From contig CAVTHW010000008.1 in NCBI GenBank assembly GCA_963734625.1, forward strand, positions 53,715 through 117,714: a stretch of 64,000 nt of DNA. The letters run 5' to 3'. This stretch comes from Bryobacterales bacterium. GTDB taxonomy: Bacteria > Acidobacteriota > Terriglobia > Bryobacterales > Bryobacteraceae. Below are positions 1-9,707 of this stretch, piece by piece. Below the pieces are notes generated by a model. The model searched no databases. It was not told the origin of the DNA and was given only the letters and a program-made list of their open reading frames with translations. Position 1 is the stretch's first letter, and each line of letters opens with the position of its first letter. The position numbers and the translations under genes were made by a program.

Positions 1-105
1 ACGCGAAAGGAAACGTCCTGCCCCGAGCCGTATGTGCACCTGCGGGTTCCGCCCGGCAAGACCGAGAAGTGGGCGATCCGGTATCAGTTTTACACGCTGA
101 AGTAA
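1..105 (+). CDS. 3' end of an unidentified gene entering from the left edge
   Basis: Frame 1 is open from nt 1 (..PEPYVHLRVPPGKTEKWAIRYQFYTLK) to TAA at 103-105. No family recognised. Confidence 0.35.
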   Translation, partial: TRKETSCPEPYVHLRVPPGKTEKWAIRYQFYTLK

Positions 106-113
106 CCGACAAC

Positions 114-1592
114 ATGGCTCTCGCACCGAACCTGAATCCCATTCGATGGCCCAGCGGTCCGCTGGAGATCGCTCGGCGGCAGAGAGACGACGCGCTCACG
201 GCGCAAGGCAAGGCGGCTGTGGATCTCTGGCATGATCCGGCGGCGCTCGACTTCCTGAAGGGCTCGCCGGTCAACTGCCTGGTCATCACTTGGGCGGCCG
301 GGTTGCCCGAGGATGCCGCGCAGCAGAAATCCGCCGCCGCGCTGGTGGCTGCCGCGCGCCAGCGCAACCTGGCTGTGATCGGGTGGGTGGAGGGCGCCAG
401 CGGCCACGATGCCGCCTTCGCCGCGGCGAAAAGCGCGGGCCTGGCGGCGGTGGCCATCCAGGATTTCCGGGGCAAGCCGGATCCGCTGATCATACCCTGG
501 AACGACCGCTCCAAAGCGCCTTGGGAAACGAGTGCGCCGGTCTTCCCGGTCACCGATAACGTCTGGCCCGGCGTGCAGGCGGCTTCTGGTGGCAGCACCA
601 CCGCCGGGCCCACCGCCGTGCCCTGGCTCGATTCCAACGGCTGGTTCATTCAGCTTGCTCGCGCGCGCGTAATCGTGCCCGTCTGGGTCCTGTTCGGCCC
701 GCCCAAAGGCAGCGTGGTGCGTCCGCAGGGTTATACCATGGCGGTGAGCGACGCGGAAGCTGCCGGCGGCCGCTGGGTCATCTCTCTGGACGACGGTCTC
801 CGCGCCGGGTTGGCAGACGGCAAAGCCGCCCCGAAACTGGCATGGGATGGCATCACCTCGGCAGTCGATTTCTTCGAGAAGCACGCGGCATGGCGGTCCT
901 ACCGCCCGCTCGGGGTGGCGGGAGTTGTTTCGGACTTCGCCGACGAGAACTTCGACTTCAGTGGCGAATTGCTGAACCTCATGGCGCGCCGGGGATTGCT
1001 GTTTCGGGTCATCTGGAAGTCGCGAGCCTCGGCTGACGCTTTCGCGGGGCTGAAGGCGTTGGTGTACGCCGACGGCGCTCAGCCTCCCAAGGATTTGCGC
1101 GACCGGATGCTGGCCTTCGTCGAGCAAGGCGGCCTGCTGGTGGCTGGCTCCAAATGGGGGCCGGAAGGGAAGCCCACCGGGACGGGAGCGCATGGCCGGT
1201 TCGAGGTGCGGGCTTTAGGAAAGGGCCGTTTGGCGGTGTCTAAGCAGGAGCTTGGCGATCCCTTCCAACTGGCCGCCGACACCCAGTCCCTGATCAGCTA
1301 TGAGAACGACCTGGTCAGGTTGTTCAATCCCAGTTCGTCGGGCTCCTACCAGTTCACCGGCTCTCCCGACGGCAAGCGCGCGCTGCTCCAGCTATTGACT
1401 TATGCCGGTTCGCGCGGGACCCCCAGCCTGATGACCGTCTGGACCCGCCGGAAGTTCCGCTCCGCGCGCCTCTGGTCCATTGGTAGCGGCGAACCAGTGA
1501 TTCCCAAGCAGGCGGAGTCGGAGGACGGCGGGATGGAGTTCTATTTGCCGCCGCTCGCGGCATCCTACATTGCAGTGGAGTTAGAGTCATAA
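114..1592 (+). CDS. hypothetical protein (about 492 aa)
   Basis: ORF 69..1592. The ATG at 114 (MALAPNLNPIRW..) avoids overlap with the upstream stop. Globular-protein composition, no family recognised. Confidence 0.6.
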   Translation: MALAPNLNPIRWPSGPLEIARRQRDDALTAQGKAAVDLWHDPAALDFLKGSPVNCLVITWAAGLPEDAAQQKSAAALVAAARQRNLAVIGWVEGASGHDAAFAAAKSAGLAAVAIQDFRGKPDPLIIPWNDRSKAPWETSAPVFPVTDNVWPGVQAASGGSTTAGPTAVPWLDSNGWFIQLARARVIVPVWVLFGPPKGSVVRPQGYTMAVSDAEAAGGRWVISLDDGLRAGLADGKAAPKLAWDGITSAVDFFEKHAAWRSYRPLGVAGVVSDFADENFDFSGELLNLMARRGLLFRVIWKSRASADAFAGLKALVYADGAQPPKDLRDRMLAFVEQGGLLVAGSKWGPEGKPTGTGAHGRFEVRALGKGRLAVSKQELGDPFQLAADTQSLISYENDLVRLFNPSSSGSYQFTGSPDGKRALLQLLTYAGSRGTPSLMTVWTRRKFRSARLWSIGSGEPVIPKQAESEDGGMEFYLPPLAASYIAVELES

Positions 1593-1724
1593 GAGCCCGT
1601 GATGAAAGTCAGTCGCAAGCTAAAGCGTGCGCTACGTTGGCCGCAAAGCTTTGATTTCCCGTGTAGCGTAAGCTTGCGTCCGCTGAGGGCCGGCGGGACT
1701 TTCACCACGGGCTGATAGAAGCTG

Positions 1725-2888
1725 ATGGCGATGCAAGTCAATCGCAGGGAGTTTCTGGCGGGGATGGCCGCCGCCGGACTAGGCGCGATCCAGCCGGCGC
1801 CGATGCGCGCCGCCGCGCCCACGGCTCCCGTGGCGGTGGCCAAGTGCAACACATATGGGCCGGAGTTCACGGCCACCCTGGAGAAGATGTTCGACCAGCT
1901 GGGCGGGCTGGGCCGCCTGGTCAAGGGCAAGACCGTTGTCGTCAAGATCAACCTGACGGGTGACGTGTGGTACCGGCTGGGCTACTTGCCTGCGGGCCGC
2001 GCGCACTGGAACGAGCCTCAATCCATCGGCGCCACCATCCGCCTGCTGGACAAGGCCGGCGCGCGGCGCATACGGATCGTCGAGGGCGCATTCGCCTGGC
2101 CGGATTCACTTGCCGAATTCCTGCTGCGGGCGTCTTGGGATCCCAACGTCCTGCTGAACGCGGCGCCGCGCGTCGAGCTGATCAATACCAACCTGCCTTA
2201 TCCCGGCAGCAAGCCGTACACCCGGTTCCAGGTGCCGAACGGCGGCCACCTGTTCGCCGCCTACGACCTGAACACGGCATACGACGAGTGCGACGTCTTC
2301 GTATCGATGAACAAGATCAAGGAGCACGCGACCGCGGGCGTCACGCTCTCCATGAAGAACTGCTTCGGGATTACGCCCACCACCATCTACGGAGACCGCT
2401 GTGGAATCGACGAGCCCAGCTTGATCCCTTACGGCGGCCGCGGCATGATCCACGCCGGCGACCGGCAGCCATCCCGAAGTTCGCCCTCGGAGAAGGATCC
2501 CAAGAGCCCGCGGCAGGCCGGATACCGTGTCCCCCGCTCGATCGCCGACCTGGTGGCCGCCCGTCCGGTGCACCTCACCATCCTGGATGGCGTCGAGACC
2601 ATGGCGGGTGGCGAGGGCCCCTGGGTTAGCGGCACGCGCCCCTGCCGGCCCGGTGTCGTCGTCGCCGGCACGAATTGCGTTACCACCGACGCCGTGGCCA
2701 CGGCTATCATGGGTCTGGACCCCATGGCCGACCGCGGCACGGCACCCTTCGAGAATTGCGACAGCACCCTACGCCTGGCTGAGGAGCTGGGCGTGGGCAC
2801 GCGCGATCTCAGGCAGATCGAGGTAATCGGAACGCCCATCCGCGAAGCGCTGTTCAACTTCCGCGCGGTTCCGCAATTGAAGTCATAA
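1725..2888 (+). CDS. DUF362-type protein with Tat signal
   Basis: N-terminus NRREFLAGMAAAGLGA is a twin-arginine motif. Segments KINLTGD.. and MNKIKEHATAGVTLSMKNCFG are typical of DUF362 (from memory). Confidence 0.7.
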   Translation: MAMQVNRREFLAGMAAAGLGAIQPAPMRAAAPTAPVAVAKCNTYGPEFTATLEKMFDQLGGLGRLVKGKTVVVKINLTGDVWYRLGYLPAGRAHWNEPQSIGATIRLLDKAGARRIRIVEGAFAWPDSLAEFLLRASWDPNVLLNAAPRVELINTNLPYPGSKPYTRFQVPNGGHLFAAYDLNTAYDECDVFVSMNKIKEHATAGVTLSMKNCFGITPTTIYGDRCGIDEPSLIPYGGRGMIHAGDRQPSRSSPSEKDPKSPRQAGYRVPRSIADLVAARPVHLTILDGVETMAGGEGPWVSGTRPCRPGVVVAGTNCVTTDAVATAIMGLDPMADRGTAPFENCDSTLRLAEELGVGTRDLRQIEVIGTPIREALFNFRAVPQLKS

Positions 2889-2908
2889 CCGATGGAAAGG
2901 AACTGGTC

Positions 2909-4249
2909 ATGAAACGTAGAGACCTGTTAAAGATGGCAACCGCCGGCGGCTTGGCCGGGATGGTCGCCGCACGGGAAGGCCGGGCCCAGGAGCAAGTGGC
3001 GCGAGCCACTCGCGGCCTGCCTTCGCCCAAGATCAAGGACGTCAGCGTTATCAACACCCAGCCCGGCGGCGTGCGGCTGATCGTGGTCAAGATCACCACC
3101 GACCAGGACGGATTGTATGGCTACGGTTGCGCCACATTCACCCAGCGGGCCGACCTGGTGGGTCCCGCTGTCGAGAAGTACCTGAAACCTTTTCTGGTGG
3201 GTAAACCGGCCGACCGGATCGAAGACACCTGGCAGGCTTGCTACAACAGTTCCTACTGGCGCAATGGACCGGTGCTGAACAATGCCATCAGCGGGGTCGA
3301 CCAGGCGCTGTGGGATATCAAAGGCCGCCAGTCGGGCATGCCAGTTTACCAGTTGCTAGGTGGAAAGTGCCGCGAGGCAGCCGCTAGTTATACCAGCGTC
3401 GGCGGCGGGGAGGCATCGCAGATCGCCGAGAGCGCCAGAAAGTACATGGCGCAGGGCTACCGCTACATCCGCCTCCAGATGAACGTGCCCGGCATGTCGG
3501 CTTACGGGGCAGGGGGCGGCGGAGGCGCGAACGCGCCGAAGGTTGCGGCGCTGCACGGCGACCCGGTCTATGAACCCGGCGCCTACATCCGCCGGACGGT
3601 ACCCATGCTGTATGAGGTCCGCAAACAGCTCGGCGACGAGATCGAGCTGCTCCACGACATTCACGAGCGGATTTCGCCGCGCCAGGCCGTGCAGTTCGCC
3701 AAGGACGTGGAGGGGGTCAAGCTTTTCTTCCTGGAAGACGCTGTCTCGCCCGAGGATCTGGTTTACTTCCGCCAGATCCGGCAGCAGTGCAACACGCCTC
3801 TGGCCATGGGTGAGCTGTTCAACAGCCCGCACGAGTGGACGCCGTTGATCGCCGAACGGCTGATAGACTACATGCGCATCCACATCTCGCAGGCCGGGGG
3901 CCTGACGCCCTGCCGGAAGATCGCTATCCTGGGTGAGTTGTACGGGGTGAAGACCGCCTGGCACGGGCCCGGCGACGTCTCTCCCATCGGCCACATGTGC
4001 AACCTGCACCTGGATCTGGCCAGTTACAACTTCGGAGTGCAGGAAGGCGGCGTGATCCGGGGCGTGGAAGCGGAGATCTTCAAAGGCTGCGAGACGTTCA
4101 AAGACGGTTATCTGTACGCCAACGATTCCCCTGGCTGGGGCATCGAGGTGGATGAGAAACTCGCCGCCAAGTACCCCTTCCGCGCCAGCAATCTAAACGG
4201 CGGATGGGGGGTCATCCGCCGCCTGGACGGCACCGTTATCAAACAGTAG
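2909..4249 (+). CDS. enolase-superfamily enzyme (mandelate racemase / sugar-acid dehydratase-like) with Tat signal
   Basis: KRRDLLKMATAGGLAG Tat-like N-terminus. AISGVDQALWDIKGR and ELLHDIHERISP..FLEDAV blocks are typical of the D-galactonate/mannonate dehydratase branch. Confidence 0.8.
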   Translation: MKRRDLLKMATAGGLAGMVAAREGRAQEQVARATRGLPSPKIKDVSVINTQPGGVRLIVVKITTDQDGLYGYGCATFTQRADLVGPAVEKYLKPFLVGKPADRIEDTWQACYNSSYWRNGPVLNNAISGVDQALWDIKGRQSGMPVYQLLGGKCREAAASYTSVGGGEASQIAESARKYMAQGYRYIRLQMNVPGMSAYGAGGGGGANAPKVAALHGDPVYEPGAYIRRTVPMLYEVRKQLGDEIELLHDIHERISPRQAVQFAKDVEGVKLFFLEDAVSPEDLVYFRQIRQQCNTPLAMGELFNSPHEWTPLIAERLIDYMRIHISQAGGLTPCRKIAILGELYGVKTAWHGPGDVSPIGHMCNLHLDLASYNFGVQEGGVIRGVEAEIFKGCETFKDGYLYANDSPGWGIEVDEKLAAKYPFRASNLNGGWGVIRRLDGTVIKQ

Positions 4250-4496
4250 GGCGTGATTTCCGAAACATCCGCCGGGCGGCCGACGCAAACAGCCGGAAGC
4301 CCGCCGGCTCCGTAACTGCATTGACCACTACATCGTCCAACATACAGTATCGAAGCCGTCGCGGTCAGAACGTTACTCATGTATTGCCAGCCAAGCGGCC
4401 CAACGTTGTTGCCGCTAAACCAAAGTAGTGAAGTTTGAGACCTAGAAGCTGGCCTGGTAAGACGCCCCCGGCGTGGCGGCGATCATCTGGGCTCAC

Positions 4497-4800
4497 TAGT
4501 GGCCGGCTAAAAGTCGATATAAACGGATACCGCGATCCAAATCTGGGTCTTCACCGCATTGGCGCTGGTGCCGAAAAATGCCTTGATCCGCAGGTGCTGC
4601 TTGCCAGCGGCACTTGTAGATCTGGGTGATAGTAAGTGCCGGCAGCGCGAAGTTGTTGGTGAGGAGCATGAACCGCTTCCTCGTTTCCACGTCGAGATAC
4701 GTCACATGCCGCGACGCATCCGGGTACGCTGTCGCCGAGTCGATCGCGCGACGAAGAAGGCAGAACTGAGCGTGAACCTGTAGAGTCGCTCGAATCAAGA
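4497..4800 (-). mobile_element. C-terminal remnant of an IS4-family DDE transposase
   Basis: ..YPDASRHVTYLDVETRKRFMLLTNNFALPALTITQIYKCRWQ, then in another frame QHLRIKAFFGTSANAVKTQIWIAVSVY. The usual IELFFKWIK between them is missing. No N-terminal half and no inverted repeats seen. Confidence 0.7.
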
Positions 4801-4850
4801 CCTGCGCGAAGTCGGCGTAAATGCGCCAGTCGTGGCACTCGTGGCATCGG

Positions 4851-5390
4851 TCAATGTGGTTCGCGCCACCTTGCCGCTAAATCCCAGGTGATATGCGCTT
4901 CTCGAAACGTTAGCCGGACACTAGTGGTCTGGGATATGTAGGTCGGGGAATTGCCGCCAAACCACGCTCCCCATGAGCCGCTCTGGGCGGACCCGTGGGT
5001 GAGGCAGTATGTGGGGTTCCCCGAAGCCGAAATTTCCAGTCTGGCTCCCAGGTTCTCGACGGTATACACCCGGCGAAACCGGCGAAGTCAACCCTCAGGT
5101 GCTTGGAAATTCGGATCTTGACACCGCCGCCGACCCCGAACAGGAGAGGGCGGTTCCCTTGACTGTCCCGGACCAGATCCCTTCCTGGCCTTGGTTCCCA
5201 GTGAACCCGATGTGCTCCACACGGGTTTCGAACGCGATTGGCCGGATAGAAACGGCCCAGGCCGGCGCTGCCGAACACCTCCGCCCTGTAAACCCAGGGC
5301 TCCGCGGCGTGCAAAGCCGGAGTCACGGCAAGCCGCATTGCTTCCCGAACCGGTCCCACCGTTGGACAGCGTCACCGGGTGGTCCGATCT
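4851..5390 (-). pseudogene. possible decayed outer-membrane beta-barrel protein gene
   Basis: Beta-barrel-like pieces spread over three frames (..LLFGVGGGVKIRISKHLRVDFAGF.. / ..VYTVENLGARLEISASGNP..TSVRLTF). No single intact ORF. Confidence 0.3.
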
Positions 5391-5927
5391 CAAGGGGCTT
5401 GTTGGTTGGACGTGGCATTGACTTCAGCCTTGTAGAGGGTCTTGTTGTAGCCCACGGCCCCCCCGATCAGCGCCCCGATCCCGGCGGGCAAGACAGCCGT
5501 CAAGATCCCCGGGCCGTCGCCTTCGTCTGATCCCCAAGTCAGGAAGAGTAGGGAAGCTCCTGCCGCCGCGCCAATCGCCGCCATCAACCCTCTGGAACGC
5601 TTTGTCACCCGCACTACGTCCTCGCGCATCACTGGGGCCGCGTTCTTGTGCTCCGCCAGCGTGATGCTGCTGCGGTCCATCGCCTGGATTGTGCCGCTCA
5701 ACACTTGGGAGTTGTTGAGCGTTAATTCTACGGTCTCGCCCACCCGCAGGGCGAGACGTGACGGACCAACCAGCCCCGCTGCGGCCAAGCACCTTCCCGC
5801 TCCTAAGGCGGACCTTGACCTTCTGCGTCTTGGACAGGCGGCTGAGGCTTCCCCAATCGCCAGCCTGGATAGCAGGCGCCGCGAAGGCCACCAAAATTAA
5901 AACAAGCATCCACTTTCCGGGTTTCAT
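5390..5927 (-). CDS. small secreted/membrane protein, paralogue of 5984..6493, with a frame break near 5790
   Basis: Signal peptide MKPGKWMLVLILVAFAAPAIQA + ..QKVKVRLRSGKV in one frame. The rest, ending in a Gly-zipper TM (GLMAAIGAAAGASLL..GIGALIGGAVG), is in the +1 frame. Confidence 0.45.
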
Positions 5928-5983
5928 TGCTGAATTGCCTCCACCTTTCCTCTTGCCGAGAAGCATTGCCTGAGACTGTGGCA

Positions 5984-6493
5984 TCACTCCGGGAGAACTG
6001 TGATGATCGTTTCATGTGTGTCACCCAACCGGCCGAGGAAGAAGCCACCGACGACGCACGCCGCCGTAACTACAATCCAACCCAGCATTCTGTTTGTGTC
6101 GTTGCTGGGACGGCTGTCGTCAAGAGCCACCCGCAGAGAAATGAGCGACCCGGCGGCCCCGAGCCCGGCGGCGCCAATGAGCCTCGCGGGTCCCTTGATC
6201 TTCCTGATCCGCAACTCGGTGATCTCCTTGCGGGGAATGGAAGCCTGGCCGCGCGGGTAGGCCCTCTTATCCGAGGTCTTCAGGACAACCATGCTCAGAG
6301 CATCACTCAGCACGTTCTCCACCTTCCCCTCCACGCTGGTCCGGCCACGCAGGACCACCTTAACCTTCTGGTTTTCGACAACCGAACTCAGATCAGCCCA
6401 CCGCAGAGTTCGAAAGTCACCTTGCGCCTGGGCTGTCTGAAGGGAGAAGAACGAGAAGGCCAGCAAGCCGGCCACGAAGCGTTTACCTGACAT
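5984..6493 (-). CDS. small secreted/membrane protein (signal peptide + C-terminal glycine-zipper TM)
   Basis: ATG at 6493 preceded by AAGGAG. MSGKRFVAGLLAFSFFSLQTAQA signal, then ..QKVKVVLRGRTSVEGKV.. and ..LIGAAGLGAAGSL... Confidence 0.65.
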   Translation of the reverse strand: MSGKRFVAGLLAFSFFSLQTAQAQGDFRTLRWADLSSVVENQKVKVVLRGRTSVEGKVENVLSDALSMVVLKTSDKRAYPRGQASIPRKEITELRIRKIKGPARLIGAAGLGAAGSLISLRVALDDSRPSNDTNRMLGWIVVTAACVVGGFFLGRLGDTHETIITVLPE

Positions 6494-6690
6494 ATAGAAG
6501 ATAACTCCTTGCAAGACGTTATGAGCAACCACCAGTCCATTGGTGGGTTCATAAAACGCTCGTTTGTAATCAATGGATTACCGAAGACGTCGGTTTGAGG
6601 CAAGGCTGGTGGACCGCCAGATTCCGCTGACACTGTCAGGCAGACCACTCACGCCAAGCACAGGCTGATTGGCCTGGAGCTATCCAGCGA

Positions 6691-7812
6691 CTAAGCAGGC
6701 CGCGGGCGGGGCTGGTACTCGCACAGAGGATCGGTCTCGAGCGGTTCGCCGGTGGCCGCGTAGGCGCGGGCGCGCGAGCCGCCGCACAGGGCGCCGTATT
6801 CGCAGAAGCCGCAGCGTCCCTCGAACTTCGAGTAGTCGTGCAGCGACTGGAACAGCGGAGCGTTCCGGTATATCTCGACGACACGGTCCTGGCGAACGTT
6901 GCCCGCCACCAGCGGCAGGAAGCCGGCGGGGCAGATGTCTCCGGTGTTGGACACGAACATGATCCCGTGCCCGTCGCGGATGCCGAAGCCGCGAGCGACG
7001 CCGCTGCGCTTGATCTCGTCTCCCGTCATCCCCTCCGCGCGCATCCGCTCCAGCGCCACGCGGCGATAGGACGGCGCCTCGGTAGTAGCTACGATGAACG
7101 GCGCAACCCGAGACGTCTCGTATACCCAGCCCATCAGCTCCTCGCTGGCTGGGGGCGAGAGCGGCTGCAGCACTTTCCCGCGCCCGACAGAGATCAGGAA
7201 GAACAGGCTCCAGCGCGCGACGCCCAGGGGCTTGAGGAGTTTGTAGATGGCCGGCACGTCGCCGGCGGTCTCGGCGGAGGCCAGAGTGTTGACTTGCAGC
7301 GGCATCTTGAGTTCCTGGGCCCAGCGCATGGCCTGGATGGTGCGGTCGAAAGTGCCATCGACGCCGCGGATGGAATCGTGACGCGCCGCCGTGGACCCGT
7401 CCAGGCTCAGCCCCAGGCCTTCGACCGAATGCTCCTTCAGCCGCACCAGCACGTCGCGGGTGAGCAAAGGGGTGGCGGCGGGCGTGATCGAAACTCCGAT
7501 GCCTAGCCGGCGGGCTTCATCGATCAGATCAAACAGGTCCTTACGCGCCAGCGGATCGCCGCCGGTTAGGATCAACTGCGGCAAGGGTTCGCCGAACTCG
7601 ACGATCTGGCGCAGAAACGCGACACCCTCTTCGAAGGTCAACTCGCCGGGGGCCGGTTCGGGCTGCGCCTCCGCGCGGCAGTGGCGACAGGCCAGCGCGC
7701 AGGCTTGCGTCGTTTCCCAATAGACGTTCAACGGAGTCCGCGCATAATCGCGCGGCGTCATGTGCGGAGATTTTCCGTGACCCAGAGGGCGCTGCATACT
7801 TTCAGCGTACAA
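6691..7812 (-). CDS. radical SAM/SPASM domain protein (resembles the TIGR04053 / NirJ-PqqE-like group)
   Basis: YWETTQACALACRHCRA gives the CxxxCxxC cluster. C-terminal SPASM cysteines: ..GDICPAGF..CGFCEYGALCGGSRARAY..DPLC. Confidence 0.85.
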   Translation of the reverse strand: MYAESMQRPLGHGKSPHMTPRDYARTPLNVYWETTQACALACRHCRAEAQPEPAPGELTFEEGVAFLRQIVEFGEPLPQLILTGGDPLARKDLFDLIDEARRLGIGVSITPAATPLLTRDVLVRLKEHSVEGLGLSLDGSTAARHDSIRGVDGTFDRTIQAMRWAQELKMPLQVNTLASAETAGDVPAIYKLLKPLGVARWSLFFLISVGRGKVLQPLSPPASEELMGWVYETSRVAPFIVATTEAPSYRRVALERMRAEGMTGDEIKRSGVARGFGIRDGHGIMFVSNTGDICPAGFLPLVAGNVRQDRVVEIYRNAPLFQSLHDYSKFEGRCGFCEYGALCGGSRARAYAATGEPLETDPLCEYQPRPRPA

Positions 7813-7868
7813 CGGCGGCGTAGGCGCGTGCGCTACGTTTCAGGATTAGAATTGAGGGAGGAGATGGA

Positions 7869-8297
7869 ATGTCTATTACTCGCGTGATCACCCTGGCCAT
7901 GTTGGCGAGCGGGCTGTGTCTGGCGCAGAGCCCCAGCGGCAACAGTTTTCAGGGCATGGTGCAAGAGGCTAAATCCAGAATCAAAGAGGCCTCAACCTCC
8001 CAGTTGAAAGAGTGGATGGATTCCGGGCAGAAGCTCATATTGATAGACGTCCGGGAAGACAACGAATGGCAGGCCGGACACGCGGCCAGTGCTGTCCACG
8101 TCGGGCGTGGCATCCTGGAGCGCGGGATCGAGACGGCCGCTCCCGACAAAGCCCAGCGCATCGTGTTCTACTGTCGTAGCGGCTCGCGCTCGGCCCTGGC
8201 GGCGGACACCCTTCAGAAAATGGGCTACACCAACGTCTTCTCGCTGACCGGCGGCTATGTCAGCTACCAGGCCGCAGGGCTGCCATCCCAGAAGTAG
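7869..8297 (+). CDS. rhodanese-domain sulfurtransferase with signal peptide
   Basis: LIDVREDNEWQAGHA..IVFYCRSGSRSALAA active-site loop (CRSGSRS). N-terminal hydrophobic signal. Confidence 0.85.
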   Translation: MSITRVITLAMLASGLCLAQSPSGNSFQGMVQEAKSRIKEASTSQLKEWMDSGQKLILIDVREDNEWQAGHAASAVHVGRGILERGIETAAPDKAQRIVFYCRSGSRSALAADTLQKMGYTNVFSLTGGYVSYQAAGLPSQK

Positions 8298-8304
8298 CGG
8301 GAGA

Positions 8305-9240
8305 TCAGCGGGCGGCCGGTCCCGTGGCACGAATCACGTTCATGGCCGAAGCGATCATGCCGCTGATGTCGCTCAGCGTGGATGGCACAATCAAGGTGGT
8401 GCCTTGCTTGGCCAGGTTGCCGAACTGGGCGATATAGGCTTCGGCGACGCGCAACTGCACTGCCTGAAAGCCGCCGGGCGCTTCGGTCGCCTCGGCCACC
8501 CGCCGCAGCCCCTCGGCGGTCGCCGTGGCCACGGTCAGGATCCCGGCCGCTTGCCCTTCGGCCTCGTTGATCCGCTGCTGCTTGGTGGCCTCCGAGGCTT
8601 TGATCACCTTCTGCTTCTCGCCCTCGGCATTGTTGATGGCGGCATCGCGGGCGCCCTCGGAGGTCAAGATGATGGCGCGCTTCTCGCGCTCGGCGCGCAT
8701 CTGCTTCTCCATGGCGGCCTGGATGTCCTGGGGCGGATTGATGTTCTTGATCTCGTAGCGCAGCACCTTGACGCCCCAGGCCTCGGAGGCTTTGTCCAAC
8801 TCGCCGACCAGGGCGATGTTGATGTTGGTCCGCTCTTCGAAGGTGCGATCCAACTCGATCTTGCCGATCTCGCTGCGCAGCGCCGTCTGCGCGAGTTGCG
8901 AAATGGCGAAGTGATAATCGGTGATCCCGTAGGAGGCACGCTCCGGGTTCATGACCTTCAGGTAAAGGATGCCGTCCACCCCGACCTGCACGTTGTCCTT
9001 GGTGATGCAGATCTGCTCGGGAACATCCAGCGCCTGTTCCTTCAGCGTGTGCTTGTAACGGATGTTGTCCATGAAGGGCACGAGCACGTGGAAGCCGGCC
9101 TCGAGCGTGTTGCTGTACCTGCCCAACCGCTCGACCACATAGGCGCTCTGCTGCGGGACCACTACGGCGGTCTTCGCCAGAATGATCAGAAAGAGAATCG
9201 CCAGGAGGACAACAGCGATGACGGGACCGGTCAAATCCAT
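8305..9240 (-). CDS. SPFH/band-7 (stomatin/paraslipin-like) protein
   Basis: N-terminal TM, then VVERLGRY..TKDNV.V.VDG.LY..V..P..A.Y and an Ala/Glu-rich coiled C-terminus. Confidence 0.9.
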   Translation of the reverse strand: MDLTGPVIAVVLLAILFLIILAKTAVVVPQQSAYVVERLGRYSNTLEAGFHVLVPFMDNIRYKHTLKEQALDVPEQICITKDNVQVGVDGILYLKVMNPERASYGITDYHFAISQLAQTALRSEIGKIELDRTFEERTNINIALVGELDKASEAWGVKVLRYEIKNINPPQDIQAAMEKQMRAEREKRAIILTSEGARDAAINNAEGEKQKVIKASEATKQQRINEAEGQAAGILTVATATAEGLRRVAEATEAPGGFQAVQLRVAEAYIAQFGNLAKQGTTLIVPSTLSDISGMIASAMNVIRATGPAAR

Positions 9241-9248
9241 AATTCCGC

Positions 9249-9683
9249 CTACCCTTCTATGTGGAGTGTCAGGCCGTCCACGCGCCGCACTCGGCAGCGC
9301 TGGGAGCGGCCCAGGAACTTGTCGCCAACGTTGCGGGCATTCCAGGACGCGCCGCGCAACTCGGCCTTGCCCACGCCATTCACCGGAATGTCTTCCATCG
9401 TCGTGGCGGTCTCGCCCACCAGGTTGTCGACTTCATTCGAGGGGGTGCGCCGGCGAAACCACTCGAGCAACGGGCGCCGGAACACAAGCAACGAGAGCAC
9501 TGCGAAGACCGTAAACAGCAGCCACTGGGCCCATAGCGGGAAGCCCGGCACCAGCGCGGTGACAAGCCCGACACACATGCCAGAGATCCCGAAGAACAGA
9601 ATGTAGAACCCGCCCGGCGTTACCAGCTCGCCGCCGAGCAGCAAGAAGCCGAAAACGACCCAAATCCACCAGGCCATAGGCAA
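9249..9683 (-). CDS. NfeD-family membrane protein (partner of the SPFH protein)
   Basis: Three N-terminal TM segments plus a C-terminal OB-like domain (GKAELRGASWNARN..VRRVDGLTLHIE). Sits immediately upstream of the SPFH gene. Confidence 0.85.
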   Translation of the reverse strand: MPMAWWIWVVFGFLLLGGELVTPGGFYILFFGISGMCVGLVTALVPGFPLWAQWLLFTVFAVLSLLVFRRPLLEWFRRRTPSNEVDNLVGETATTMEDIPVNGVGKAELRGASWNARNVGDKFLGRSQRCRVRRVDGLTLHIEG

Positions 9684-9707
9684 CTATTGTATATCCAACC
9701 GCCGCCG

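Noticed and set aside
69-113. GTG at 69 as the start of the first full gene. The same applies to 22365 for the permease, 10570 for the PurF-like gene, 10787 for the GuaA-like gene, 61723 for the oxidoreductase, 45458 and 49549 for the OMPs, and 57013 for the lipoprotein.
   Set aside because: These longest-ORF starts overlap upstream genes and add non-protein-like extensions. Internal ATG/GTG codons with RBS-like sequences coincide with the family-typical N-termini or signal peptides.
6388-6648. 86-aa ORF downstream of the radical SAM gene as a RiPP precursor
   Set aside because: It runs across the 5' end and RBS of the well-supported gene 5984..6493 in a different frame. It has no leader/core-like features or Cys/Gly-rich tail.
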